A DNA stretch of 64,000 bases, taken from contig NC_087246.1 in the NCBI RefSeq assembly GCF_037042905.1, forward strand, positions 21,390,001 to 21,454,000, in the 5' to 3' direction. Both the position numbers and the translations under genes were made by a program. The stretch's first letter is position 1; every line of letters begins with the position of its first letter. Below are positions 24,601 through 36,574 of the stretch, in pieces. The DNA is from Lytechinus pictus (lineage: Eukaryota). Under the pieces are notes generated by a model, which searched no databases, was not told the origin of the DNA, and saw only the letters and a program-made list of their open reading frames with translations.

Positions 24601-24714
24601 CGTTATAAAGGACCAAACTTGTGGAATAATTTACCCGATACTTTAAAATTATCTGTTACATTCTCATCATTGAAACGTAGATTGAAACAAAACCAACTGT
24701 CTACTTATAGTTAA
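21652..24714 (+). CDS. LINE ORF2: APE endonuclease plus reverse transcriptase (1020 aa from first ATG)
   Basis: EN motifs NCRSL, ETWL, GGGV, YRPP, GDFN, SDH. RT motifs QFGFR, FLDLSKAFD, GVPQGS.LGPLLF, FADDT. No stops or frameshifts. The track start at 21574 is a TTG in a TA-rich spacer. Confidence 0.95.
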   Translation: MSSNCNCVLCSRQCNLTCNDCFLCRPLRNEQESETSFDENDGYFENLINNKYYTPTEFGNVLKLHGEKNLILANFNCRSLKCNFETFTNCLDEIGQKLSFIGTCETWLNNEEEHECMIPGYTFVGKHRNNKRGGGVGMYINDNMKYIKRPDLVTFTENIESLFIEIPNKIKNYIVAVMYRPPNRKIVDALNDISGSMSKIAGENKECIIMGDFNVDFLKRNENIDTADFFNSFVTFSYLPFIHNPTRITNTSATTVDNILYNFPEKVIQSGIVITDVSDHLTPFIVLENNNLNKEKDIEIEKIDYSDENINLFCSELSKVNWDVLNAIDNVNIRYDCFLKLYRDVYNRYFSAKIKKKKVNTKRKPWITKDIINLSKRKHALYKKYLKGKSDTCENAYKRCRNDLGNLIREKKREYFHTKFAKLQGNMKGTWNVINQTLNRNISKTIVRGLEINGSTITDQQEIVNEFNDHFTSVGVKLRENINSNSTENSFRECMTGHFEKSLFLHPATERDILNVVLKLDVSKGPGYDYIHPKVLKKSIHIVLTSLCNIINLAIERGIFPDALKIARVTPVFKSGNTSSLNNYRPISVLSIFSKIFEKIIYNKLIVFIENNNILFEKQFGFRKNHTTCHALLKFVDSISQAFECNEFLISIFLDLSKAFDCIDFNILFHKLYFYGIRGTPLLLLKSYLLNRKQYVSIGNNTSAYSNIQMGVPQGSNLGPLLFLLYINDLPSVSSILSFILFADDTTIFLSGNDPFNMNFILNTEIAKIQRWFLANKLFINFEKTNYVIFKTHNKHIDNSAIRITIANKAIKQVNQVKFLGVILDENMTWKYHIDYICKKISRVIGVLNRVKKVLPLRILVNIYNTLILPHLNYCLIIWGGCASYLFQRIYVIQKRAIRVITNSFFRAHTQILFFKLKLLKLNELYESQIILFMYKYFNLNSIFPSCFDTYFIFNSSINNYVTRNSNKLYIPFFRYTLSKSTIRYKGPNLWNNLPDTLKLSVTFSSLKRRLKQNQLSTYS

Positions 24715-25121
24715 TAATTCCAACTGCCTATCTGAGGGGGGGGGGGTTGATTTCGATGTGTTCGTGTCTGTTTTGTTTGTTTGTTTTTTGGCCACTATTC
24801 TATTTGTGTTTTTAATCGTACCATAATGTAGTAATCAAGGGAGTCGGCTTTGACAGGTCAATGGCCTTTCTGACTTCCTACATCCGCTACATTTTATTTT
24901 CATTTCTTTTATATTTTGACAATTTTTTATCGCTTATACTGTGATTTAAATTATTGTACTCCTTTGTTGTTGTATACTTGTACATATGTTTTTAAAGGAT
25001 GTCAAATAAATGAATTGAATTGAATTGAATTATGAGGTAAAATTTAGAGGAAAATTACAAATTATCATTCAATGACATGCAGTTTCTGATGGAATATTTA
25101 CACAGGTGAAATCGACTACTG

Positions 25122-25571
25122 GGCCCCGTCTTACAAATAGTTACGATTAATCCAATCAACCATAACTATGGATAGCCAGCAACGTCAACATCTGAAATAC
25201 ATGTTTGTTCAAAATATTTTCTAGATATGATGTATATTCATACATTCACTGTTTTCTTGACAATATCCAGTATGCTTCTCTTTTGCTTTCAAAGGACATT
25301 GAGCAAATTTCCTTAAAGAAATTATGACATTGATGGATTTCCATGTACCATGGAAATACATTAGTGTCATAATTTTTTATACAGGAAATTTGCCAAATGT
25401 CCTTCGTAAACGAAGGAGAACACACCAAATTGTCAAGAAATCAATGAATATATGGATATACATTCATATCTAGAAATTTTTTTAACAAACATGCATTTTA
25501 TATGTTGACTTTGCTGGTTTTCCATTGTCGCGATAGATTGGATCAATCTAAACTCTTTGTAAGACGGGGTC
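25122..25571. mobile_element. Harbinger-type MITE with long TIRs (paralog at 43377-43819)
   Basis: GGCCCCGTCTTACAAA...GCCAGCAACGTCAACAT versus ATGTTGACTTTGCTGG...TTTGTAAGACGGGGTC, with CTG on both sides. Confidence 0.7.
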
Positions 25572-27273
25572 CTGATCAATCGTAACTCCTTGTATAAGAC
25601 AGATTCCAGGTTCATCAAAGCTAATACGTTATTTCAATTACGTCATCGGTCGATTTATGGTCGGTATCGTTAGTGTGACTGTGTCATACGTGTATAGAAC
25701 TGGTAGGCCCTTAACTATTATAGGTATAATAATATGCATGGTGTTGCAGTATGAGGAGGAATAGAGACAACAACAGCAACAACGAATTAATAAAGGAAAC
25801 ACCTGTAGTTAGAAGTGGTAGTTATTGCTGTTGCGGTTACTGATAAGTTGTGTAATTCAATAGTTTTTAAACCTTACTCCGTATATGGTCATTAGCGACC
25901 ATGCAATCACCATTCCAGTAATCATGATTATACAATGGAGAACGATCTAGCATATTAATATTAATTCATGATAAAAACGTTACATATCAAGTCAGTAATT
26001 TTTAGGTGTATTTGAGAGGAAATATGCCAAAGTTTTAATTGACACATTGATGATATAATTCATGAAATCTTTTAAGTTACGAGACATGAAAAGCTTCATT
26101 TCCACTTTCAATAATTGCATTTAGATACTACGAATAAATAAAATTAATTAAAAAAAAATGCTATATGATTGTACTTCTAGAGTTGCACTGTATGAATTGG
26201 CGCATACACATGGGTATCGTAAGTATATGATAACAAAATTTATTGCCTTTCAATTGACATATATAGTTGATATAATCTTATGCAAATACGATGATACGAC
26301 TTTTTGTGATCAGTAAACATACAATTAAAGGTGTCTTGCAATGACCTAATACCGTCTTCGTCATATCGCAGTTTTGATTTCTTTTGCAGTCTTGTATATG
26401 AAACGTAAATAAACTTCCCTAAATGAAACCCCCCCCAAAAAAACACTCGTGCCAAGCTCATACCAACATCATGAATAAGATAAAAGATACAGCATTCGAA
26501 AATATACAGCCTTCACAGGAGTATTGAAGAAAAAAAACTTACGGGAAAATAAATAAGAAATGAAGAGAGGGGGGATAACGGCCTGGAATCATTTGCGGGA
26601 AGCCTCGTCAATTTCAAGGTTGGCTTATTTTATATCATCGCCTTATGATGGACGAAAACCATGACATTCCTAAGACATGTCGTCTTCAATCGTATATAAT
26701 CATATGATTTCAAACACGTTCTGATCAGTCTTAATTTGAATCTTTGATATTCTTAACCATGTTCTTTTCTCCATGCTAATCATTTCGTAAATAATGTTAT
26801 CTACCAACTGCACAACATGTCTACCATTGTCATGTTTCAGGCTCTACGTTATTTTAGTTGCTAATAATGATAATCGTTGATATTGATGACGACTTTAATC
26901 AAACGGTCCTTGGTCTTGTCTGAATGATTTTCTAAAATGATTATGTATGGCAGAGGTACCACACACAGTGAACGAAAAATTGGGCAACTTTATCAGATTA
27001 TCATGATTTTGTAATTTCAAACAATACTATTTTGTAAGATTCTAACACGAATTTTATCACATGCATTTGAATATCGGCGCTTACCAATGGTAAGAAAATC
27101 ACGAAATTCTGTTATTTTCTTTGTAATTATGATTGTTTGTCATACGATACTTTTTAGTTATGTTTTATTCAACTTTTTTTATAATTCACCGTATTCCAAA
27201 ATTAAATTTTTATATGACATAATAATTCATTCTCACTTACATGTGAATTGAGAAGAAAAATAAATCATGTATC

Positions 27274-27508
27274 CAGTGGCGTACCTAGGATTTTTCACAG
27301 GGGGGGGGGCAAATTTGTCCGCCAAAGAAATTGACAAGCAAAAAAAAAAAAAGGTCTTCAACCAAAAATAAGGGATTTCGTACCAGAAAAAAAAATTGAC
27401 AAGCAAAAAAAAAAAGAAAAAAAAAAAGGTCTTCAAGACTCGTCAGGGGGGGGGGACAGGGATATGTCCCTTGCATGGGTTGTGACTCGTCAGGGGGGTA
27501 CGCTAGTG
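27274..27508. mobile_element. hAT-type MITE, present in only one duplicate
   Basis: TIR CAGTGGCGTA / TACGCTAGTG, 8-bp TSD CATGTATC, and an empty site with a single CATGTATC at 45658-45665. Confidence 0.93.
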
Positions 27509-28059
27509 CATGTATCGCCCAAACATGATTATTGCATTCTAAAACTGCTTACATATAAGCTACTGATTCCACATTAGAAAGGAAAACGTTAGTGCACAAA
27601 ATAATGCTGTGTAACGGTCAAAAACATCATTCACTCATATAGTCACCTAAAATAGACAGACCGTTTTCATTGTCATCACTGATAGATAGTAACTGCGTCT
27701 TCGAAGTAACAACAAAATTTGAAATATAAGATATGAGTAACATGCAACGAAGTGACAACAACGCAAGTTTACATGCATTTTCACTGGTTATCAGTAAACT
27801 ACATGTATTTTGATGAATAAACACTCATTTCGTGAGCATCGCAAATGGGTTTTGCATTGCGCTTCTCAACAGCCCCAATTCTATGACGTCATCGTATGTC
27901 AAAGGAGTTTACGGGCATTTTGTAAGCATTTTTTTTTTCTTGATTTCGATATTTGGTATCGATTTTTCCCTTTTATAAACGAATGCACACCTAGTTACCA
28001 AGAGAGCATGAGGCATTTCCATTTATTTGCATGTAGGATAAAAGAGCTCTGTCGACTAG

Positions 28060-28155
28060 ACACCTTGCTCACGGACATAGGTGACGTGGGGATCGAACCC
28101 CAGCCTTTCAAACGTGTATTCATGCGCCTTAGACCGCTCGGCCACGGTGCCACTT
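28060..28155 (-). mobile_element. tRNA-derived SINE head (paralog at about 46135-46235)
   Basis: Minus strand GTGGCCGAGCGG ... GGTTCGATCCCC ... CCGTGAGCAAGG. Confidence 0.75.
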
Positions 28156-29781
28156 CCACTATAAAGCAGACATGGCCGTGAATGATTCCAGCAAAGATAT
28201 TACTAAATATGGTCCAAATATATAGGTTTTTCTTCATCTAACTACTATGCTTTTTCTAATGACATTTTCTGCGCAAATCATTTAAAAATATCTGGAATCT
28301 CCCCCCCCCCCCCGATAATCAAACTTTTCTACGTGCAAAGGTATGTAATCACCAAGCCGTCTACAAGAAAATGGCGTCATGCAGAAACCTTTAAGGTGAG
28401 CAGTCCGATAAAGCACATTTTCAATGTTCTCAATTTAGTTGTTCTAACTAAAATATACAGCTAGTAAGCTGTTACAATGAATGAAACTGGTATAGTTGTA
28501 TTTTGCACATGACTGATTTTTTTAATCGTACACTTACAATAAGATATTAGAGGGTTCAAAGTCACATATTGATGTAAATAGTGAGTGATTGCCATGTGAG
28601 GTAATATGTAACCAGTAGAAAATCGGGGATTTCGGTGTCGAGTACCGTCAGTATAGATTAAGGAACACTGGAGCAATAAATTCATCATATTACTGCTCGT
28701 GTTCTTTCAAATGGTTAAATGTTACTGAGTGTTCGGGTGGTATCGTCGTCCTTTCCGGGATGCCTACAAAATCGTCTTCAATAGTTATTACAATATTTTC
28801 TAACACTGTGTGAGTAAATTTAATATTGATTTGATTTATGTAGTCTAATTTTCTATTCTAAGATATTAAAATTCATGGATGTATGTAATTTCTTTCAGTG
28901 AACGACTAGATCAAATCAAATCAAATCAAATCAGACTAGATAGGCGTACATCAGTCTGGTCATGATGCATATACAGGTTCATAATAATTATACAGGCATA
29001 TAACCGCAAGTCTCGAGACGTTTGGGCCCTGATGTTCATAAAACTTCTACCAATAATGTAATCGGGGAAGGGGAAGGGTCGCTCTCTTTTCTATCGACGT
29101 ATCCGCAACCGCGTTCAGAAAAGGCGATGAGAATTGTCATTTTCCAGCACATGGCGTCATCGTTGTCTTTTTGGACAACGAGATTTATTCTTTTTCAACG
29201 CCGTTGATCGGCAAACATCCCTTAATATGGTAGGGTAGGCCTTCTATACTACTTCATTAACAAAAACAAATTTGTTATATATCGGTCTTGGTTATTGGGA
29301 AAATAATTCATGATGAAACGTTATACTTCATTTTCTCGAGGTTGTGTATTTCTCAAGTTTCAATGAAAAAGATGCCAAGGAATATTGTGTATCAAGAGTA
29401 AATATTATTTTATTATAAAAAAAATATGTATCAAATGATTAGAATGGCTAGTTGATTGTTTTGCTTAAGAGTTCAATGGTTTAGTTAGTAGAGTGGTGGT
29501 CTCGCAATCCGGGTTCAAAAACCAGTCCGTGCGCTGAGGCCCTTTGGTAAGTCATTTATCCACATTACTAGCAGCATGCACAGAGAAATGACACTGCCAA
29601 AGTTCTCACATCTATCCCATATTTATTTTAATTTCATGATGTTAGCTACATGCAAAGCCTACACAAACATGAGGTATAGATGCGATCATAATTGTATTAA
29701 CAATTTTCTGAAAGTAGCACACTTTTAGTTTTTTTAATTAACAATGAGACGTCGATTATCTCTTTTGTTATCTAGAATCGG

Positions 29782-31293
29782 ATGCAAAAGATGGCATCAT
29801 CGAAACAACTATCAGATAGTCTAGAATGTCCCATCTGTCATGATCTACTCTGCAATCCTAAACTTCTGCCATGTTCACATTCTTTTTGCACAAGTTGTTT
29901 GACCGAACTTCACTCTTTTCAGCAAGCTGATTCCGGGTTAACTTGTCCAGTGTGTCGCCAAAATGCAAATGTTCCTGGAAATGATGTGAGTAACTTTCCA
30001 ACAAATCTTATTGTCAAGTCCCTCGTCGAAGATTTAAAGAGAAGGTCTGATGCTAAGGCCGAGCGTATAAAAGGGGATGGAGCAACCGCCATTCAAACTT
30101 GTACGGTTTGTGATGGTGATGAACAAGACATTGCAACCTACTACTGCCAGAACTGTTCAGAGTTCCTTTGTGAAGATTGCTTGCAACACCACAATAGATA
30201 CAAGCGGAATGCATGCCATGAGACTGCGAAAGTAATAGATATTGTGGCGGGAGTTGTCAAAAAGAAATTCACATGCCCTGAACATCCACAGGAACTGCAG
30301 CAGTTCGTGTGTACTACATGTCTCGTTCGGATCTGCTGCAGATGTCGGGAGGTCGAACACAAGGAAGGTGGACATGAAGTCATCGAGATAACTGGGTATG
30401 AAAAAAGTCAGCAAGAAAAAATAGAACGTCTTTTACTGAAAATAGAGCAAACATTTGTTGACATTCCAAATGACTTATCTTCTGTTAATGAGAAGCTTCG
30501 AACAGTGAAAAATGTTATGTCCCAACGACGACAAGAAATCATAAATGCTTACGACAACGCAGAAGAAATATTGCAAAGAAAGAGAAATGAATTATTCGAA
30601 GAATGTAGTACGCATGAAAAAACATTCTGTCAGAAGTTGGAAAATATCATTGGGTGCTATTATGACTTCATAGAGACCTTTTCTGAAAATGTCACGCTTG
30701 TAAACGAGGGGGCAAGAAGTCTACACCTACCAGACCAATCACTGGCTGAGCATACAACACGAGTCAATGAGCTTGAGAGAAGTCTCAAAGCTGAAGCCCT
30801 CTCACCACTTCTTGCTCAGGCATCAAACGTAGTACTCCGAGCAGAATCGATTGTTTTTCGTCCGGCTGATCATACCATTGATCTTGGTACAGTTCATCAT
30901 CAACTTGAAGTGGAATTGGAAGATTCTATTTGTGAAGTAATCTGCATGGCTTCAACGGTAGAGGATACTCCCGAAAAGAAAGACGTGGAAGATCTTCATT
31001 CAACCCATTCTTCTGTATTTAAATTCATGGAGCCCGAATCAAAATCCCTTCCAGACAGTGATGATGACATTCTTGACTTTGATTTTTATCTTCGTGATCT
31101 TCATGATCTAACCCGCATAACTGAACAGTTGGAACGAAACAAATTGTCCGTTGACACGTCTGATCTTTCTGATACCAGTATATCTGACACATCAGACGTG
31201 TCCGCGCGTCCGGAAAGTAACAGAAGTTCAAGGCGTTCTTTTTTTGCAAATCTGAAGGCTCGATTACGATCCGGGACTGGAGACCAATCTTGA
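29782..31293 (+). CDS. TRIM/RBCC protein, type B copy 1
   Basis: RING, two B-boxes, coiled coil and acidic D/S-rich tail. Acceptor TTATCTAG ends at 29775, 6 nt before the ATG. Confidence 0.93.
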   Translation: MQKMASSKQLSDSLECPICHDLLCNPKLLPCSHSFCTSCLTELHSFQQADSGLTCPVCRQNANVPGNDVSNFPTNLIVKSLVEDLKRRSDAKAERIKGDGATAIQTCTVCDGDEQDIATYYCQNCSEFLCEDCLQHHNRYKRNACHETAKVIDIVAGVVKKKFTCPEHPQELQQFVCTTCLVRICCRCREVEHKEGGHEVIEITGYEKSQQEKIERLLLKIEQTFVDIPNDLSSVNEKLRTVKNVMSQRRQEIINAYDNAEEILQRKRNELFEECSTHEKTFCQKLENIIGCYYDFIETFSENVTLVNEGARSLHLPDQSLAEHTTRVNELERSLKAEALSPLLAQASNVVLRAESIVFRPADHTIDLGTVHHQLEVELEDSICEVICMASTVEDTPEKKDVEDLHSTHSSVFKFMEPESKSLPDSDDDILDFDFYLRDLHDLTRITEQLERNKLSVDTSDLSDTSISDTSDVSARPESNRSSRRSFFANLKARLRSGTGDQS

Positions 31294-31533
31294 GTCCCTA
31301 ATTCTCAATAATTAATAAGTTTCAGTATTATATGTGTTGGTGTTAACGAGATATCATGTAGACTACTGCCACTGGACATGTGGCGAGATCAAGATGGACT
31401 AATGTCACGAATGAGGATAATCTATTATTTGCATCTGACCACGGAATTAGAGTGCTTACGTTGTTATTGCATATGTGTTGCAAATTGGAGCATATCTGCA
31501 GTTGGAAAACGAGACATGGCTATGACACCTGGT

Positions 31534-32097
31534 CCGGGGGGCCACTTCCATTGACAAGTGGATAACATGCGCGACCAAAAAACACGTAAAAATGATGTCT
31601 TTTTCAAGATAGGGCACGTTACGTAAGTAACGTAATAAGGGTGTCAAAAACAATAAAATAATGAAAAAAGGGTATCTATTTTCGCTAGGAAAGTTACGTG
31701 TTTAGGGTCAAATTTGCGAGGGTGTAAAAAATTAAGACTAAAATGTTTTATAAAGGATGTACTTTTTGCCCTAAGAGTCAACACTACGTGTTTAGAGTAC
31801 GATTATCGCGCGAGACGTGGGAGATGGGGCTGTACTAAACCCAATCAGGTAAAGGTAAACCGACGACCGACGACAGTGACATAACAATAAAAATATCGTT
31901 GTACTTGTTTAGGGGTTCAATTCAGGGAATACTTGCCAAGAGAATTGTTTTGTTTCCAATACTTGTTAAGGGTAGGGTTTCACACACCAATACTAAGGGT
32001 GCATTTTCAGAATATGGAAAATACGTGTTTAGGGTGATTTTTGAGACCCCATGGTCGCGCATGGTATCCACTCGTCAATGGAAGTGGCCCCCACGGG
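31534..32097. mobile_element. MITE with CCGGGGG termini (paralog at about 49596-50156)
   Basis: TIR CCGGGGGGCCACTTCCATTGACAAGTGGATA / TATCCACTCGTCAATGGAAGTGGCCCCCACGGG, with flanking direct repeat CACCTGGT. Confidence 0.85.
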
Positions 32098-34152
32098 CAC
32101 CTGGTTCTAACTATCGAACTAGTTTACCTCGGATATCTATTGACGTTATCACTTGAGACATTGTTTTCGCAAACTTGGTAAATAAAATAAAATATGTTTC
32201 ATGGATAATCTTGGGGAAAATAATGCAACACGTACCCGTCGATAATTAATTTTCAATCCTACTTCTTTCATATATGGATACTATTCAGAAAACAGACATT
32301 GGAATACTTGTAACCATGTAAATTCTTAACATTAAAAAAAGTGGTAGGACACTCGAAAGTGGATTAATTGACAACCTTTCGGAAAGTTGAATAAGGGACA
32401 AGGCCTTTTCGAGTAAGAAAAAGCGTGAAATTTTTTGAAATTCAGTAAATCGATACGTGTATATAAATGTGAATATATGTCGATCTCTCATTATTTTTGG
32501 GGAAACCATATATATTAACAAAAACATTTATTGCTTCGGAATAAAATGTACATTTCCCCCAAATTCATAAAGATTAATTGAATGAAAGGTGAGAGGAGTC
32601 GATAGCATTAGTGATCGCATTTGAATGTACCACCACGGTTATAAACATTACAGATAAATGCATAAAATCAAAGAATTTTCTTACAAATATCTGTTTTTTT
32701 TTGTAAATTAACAATTTGTTCTCCATTTATCTGTATAAATTCTTGATATCAGTAGGTATTTTATTTTCCGAGACGTCATCATGGTTACTGCTGCTGTTTC
32801 ATGACGGGATTTTTTTTAATCATCATGTATACTGTATAAGTAATTATAATTTGTATGAGGTCCACACGTTGGCCTAACAATCAGGCACAGATCCAGCGGA
32901 GGGTGGTACAAGATACAAGTATTTTATATTTTCTCAAAATTGTGAATTTCTTTTCAAATCTAAACATCACTCATTTTAAAGAAATGTTATTCACTTGTCA
33001 AATTTTGAGCGAGAACAATTCGTGGTAATAGGTAGTTTTCGCGCATTTAAAACTCTTTACAACGCATCGATTCCTTTGAAAATGAAATTAAAATCAAAAT
33101 GAGGCTTTTGTCGAAAGTTAATTAAATTATAGAAGTTTTGATAAATTTTTAAATTACAATTTTTTCAAATATTGATTACAAAAATGATACTATATTCATT
33201 ATTTATGCTATTACGAAGTAGGAATTATCGACTTTTACAGCCATTAATGAAAGAAAATGTATGATTACAACGTTAGACTGAAAGGTTGCCTAATAAACGA
33301 GGGTATCACACGTATATCATAAGAATTATAGTGAATTTAACTAATAGCAAATTTTATTGCCTTTTATTTTAAAGTATGTATGTATAAAACTTTTATGATC
33401 AGTAAACATACATTAAGGGTGGCTTGGATTGACCTTATAGCGTCTCCGTCCTATTGTAGTTTTCCATCCTTTTGCAGTCTTGTACGTGAAATGAAAATGA
33501 ACTTTACTTCACATACCCCATCTGGAAATTAGACCAAGCAGTTTTAGACCAAGTGTGCATAGACCACTCATGTCAAAGTCATATAACATCGTGAATATGG
33601 TAAAAGGACAAAATTCGAACTGCAAAAAATAAAATTAAAGGGAAAAAAGAGATAACGGCCTGGAATTATTTGCGTGAAGTCTCTTCAATTTCAAGGTTGA
33701 TTTGTTTTATATCATTGCCTTATTATGCTTGACGGAAACCACGACATTCCCAAAGACCTTTTTCGTCTATGTTCGGAAATGATCTTCGGATTCATAACAG
33801 TCATGTTCTGATTAGTTTGGATCTTTCATATTACAAACCATGTTCTTCCTTCGATGCTATAGATACACGATATTCATATTACTTAATCAAATGTGATATT
33901 GACATTGTATTGATGCAAACTCGCTTCAATAAAAGGCTATTGTAGACAGTATTGTGACAATCACATTCGTCTTTCTATTGAGGGTGTATTTATATTATCA
34001 ACGCTCGTTGATGTTTAGAATCAAGTTGCAAAGTAAACAACCCCTAATATTGTGCTGAAATGATGAGTATTTACAAATATAATTTCGCAATATAATCTGA
34101 GTTTATTTTCATCATGATTAAGATGATGATGATAATTCATATCATTATCATT

Positions 34153-34153
34153 T

Positions 34154-34198
<45 letters not shown>
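34153..34198. repeat. (TAG)n microsatellite (longer version at about 52203-52283)
   Basis: Direct reading. Confidence 0.95.
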
Positions 34199-34599
34199 GG
34201 CTATTCCATAAATTATTCATCCTTTTTGTACATCTGACCTCCATTTTTCTCATCTCTTCCTTCACTTCATAAACTGACCAAGTCGTGGCCATTTGACAGC
34301 ATTGCAGGCTGTCATAAGAACCAGAAATCAGAGACAGAAAATGTCACGAAGGGCTCACATACATGAAAATACACTTTTGTAAAATTGGAAAGATAGCTCA
34401 AGAACAATTCACAATTAAGTTTGATACTACGGTGTCTTTGCAAGAAAGCATCGCAGACTACATACAATCGAATGTTAACAAAATAGTGAAATAGTTCAAG
34501 TAAAATCGACTTGTCCGACGCTTCATCGAGCGAAGCCTTCTTCATGAACATGATGAAGTCAAGATCTCATACATGTCTTAAAGATTACGATCATCATTA

Positions 34600-35025
34600 G
34601 ACATAAGACATAAGACTCTCGCCTTGTAAGCAGAGGGTCATGTGTTCGAATCCCACCGCGGTCTGGCGTCCTTTGGCAAGGCGTTAATCCACACTTTGCA
34701 CTCTCGACCAAGGTGCGAAATGGGTACCCGGTAGGATGTGAAAGTCATTGTAGCTTGACCAGTACTGTGTGCGCCTTACCGGCGACTGACTGGAATATTC
34801 CCCAGGGAGTGGAGGATGTGCTAACATTGTGTGCGGGAATGACTGATTGAATCCGATGACCGGGGTAGTAATAATATCTGTAAAGCGCTTAGACACGTCG
34901 CGACGCGTCGTTCCGATGTATTAATCGCTATATAAAAGTGGATTATTATGATTAATATTATCATTATCATTATTATTATTATCATTATTATTATTATTAT
35001 TATTACCATTATTATTACTATTATA
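34600..35025 (+). mobile_element. tRNA-derived SINE with L2-like 3' end and (ATT)n tail (paralog at about 52645-53065)
   Basis: B box GTTCGAATCCC, CCTTTGGCAAGGCGTT, AAATGGGTACCCGG core, TGTAAAGCGCTT...CGCTATATAA and (ATT)n. Empty site at about 63060. Confidence 0.85.
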
Positions 35026-35532
35026 TGCTTCGCCTTGTTAAGATTTCGTCTTTTTATAATTTTCTGGCAGGTCTTGTTTGCTTCCTATGGTTTTTACTTG
35101 CTATCTTTTGCAACACGTTATGCTTTCTGAAAGTCCTCATTCCTGCATGCCCCAAACCGAATAACACAGTTGAAAAGGAAAAACAAAACGTTCCCCACAA
35201 TAGATTTATATTTTAAAAAGACGCAGGAAGAAAAAAACAGGAAAACAGGGCAATTCATTGTTCAAAAATAAGAATCTGAAAGAGAAGTACTCAGAAAATT
35301 CGTTTTGCCCAATTGATCGTGGGCCCGGCAGCCACTGCGGATGGGTTTATCTTTAACATGTAAGTTTCCTCATGTAAATATATTTGCATGGGCTGTCGCC
35401 ACTACGGACCGACATTCCATCACGCCGGGTGAATTTATTATCTATTGAACCAAAATATTTGAATTTTGAAAAAAATATCAATGCTTTGTTGCTTGATCAT
35501 CCCTGGATGATAGTTTGGGAGAACGGCTTTAA

Positions 35533-36122
35533 AGGACAAGTCCACCCCAGAAACTTGTTGATTCGAATAAATGGAGAAAAATCCAACAAGCATAACACTG
35601 AAAATTTCGTCAAAATCGGATGAAAATAAGAAAGTTATGACATTTTAAAGTTTCGCTTATTTTCACAAAACATTTATATGCACAACTCAGTGATATGCAA
35701 ATGAGAGAGTCAATGTTGTCACTCACTCACTATATCTTTTGTTCTTTATTGTCTGAATTATACAATATTTCATTTTTTGCAGATTTGACAATAAGGACCA
35801 ACTTGACTTAACCATAAACTGTTAAAATAATGGTAATTCCATATGTTCAGGGAAGAATAGAATATTGTTTCAAATGACAATGAGGAGCTAGAAAATTAGA
35901 ATTGTTCATATCTCATATAATAAAATACAAAAGAAATAGTGAGTGGGTGACGGCATCAGTCTGCTCATTTGCATACCGACCAGGATGTGTATTTAACTCT
36001 TTTGTGAAATTAAGTGAAACTTTCTTATTGTACATCCGATTTTGATGAAATTTCAGGTGCTATGCTTGTTTGACTTTTCTCCTTTTATTCCAATCAACTT
36101 TTTGTTGGGGTAGACTTGTCCT
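35533..36122. mobile_element. Kolobok-like MITE
   Basis: TTAA on both sides and TIR AGGACAAGTCCACCCCA / TGGGGTAGACTTGTCCT. Related copies at 53587-54062, 60281-60746 and 63588-end. Confidence 0.85.
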
Positions 36123-36188
36123 TTAAAGTCAACAATGATTTCTTTTGTGTCGTGCTAGACGGATTTCAAGCCCGCCCAGTAATTCATT

Positions 36189-36221
<33 letters not shown>

Positions 36222-36574
36222 ACCCAAATCAATCTCCCGAGAACCTGGATAAGTTCAAAGTTCAAAGTTAAATACAATTTAACAATTAATGGGTATGTGC
36301 CTTAATAAGGTAAGATTATAACCGATGTGAATTTCTGCGTGAAGTATTGACAACAGATTGAGGAACTCGGGGTTAATGAATCGTTCAAGCTGTGCCAAGT
36401 ATTAAAACACAACAGACTAGTGTCATAGGGTATAGGGAACTGCTTTGAGGGTACTGAATTTCCCGTTGTCCACCAAGGATACCTAAAGAAGAACGGCATT
36501 GATATCTCCAAAGTCTTTGCTAAAATCGAGTGACATAGCGTAAGTAGAATCTCTACATTTATTTCATTCAAATA

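Larger units (their letters stand above)
21396..25030 (+). mobile_element. 5'-truncated non-LTR retrotransposon (CR1/L2 group, Crack/L2-like)
   Basis: Likely ORF1 tail, intact ORF2, 3' UTR stem-loop (~24840-24878), AATAAA at 25005-25010 and (TGAAT)4 tail. Absent at the paralogous site 43280. Confidence 0.93.

Noticed and set aside
21396-25030. Functional coupling of the reverse transcriptase to the TRIM array (retron- or DGR-like diversification)
   Set aside because: It is an ordinary APE-RT LINE, absent from the duplicate copy, and there is no template/variable repeat pair or A-specific mutation pattern.
28626-28635. NF-kB-like sites upstream of TRIM genes (GGGGATTTCG, also TGAATTTCCC near 36455)
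   Set aside because: The matches are imperfect, not preserved in paralog A (AGGGATTTTGG), and expected by chance.
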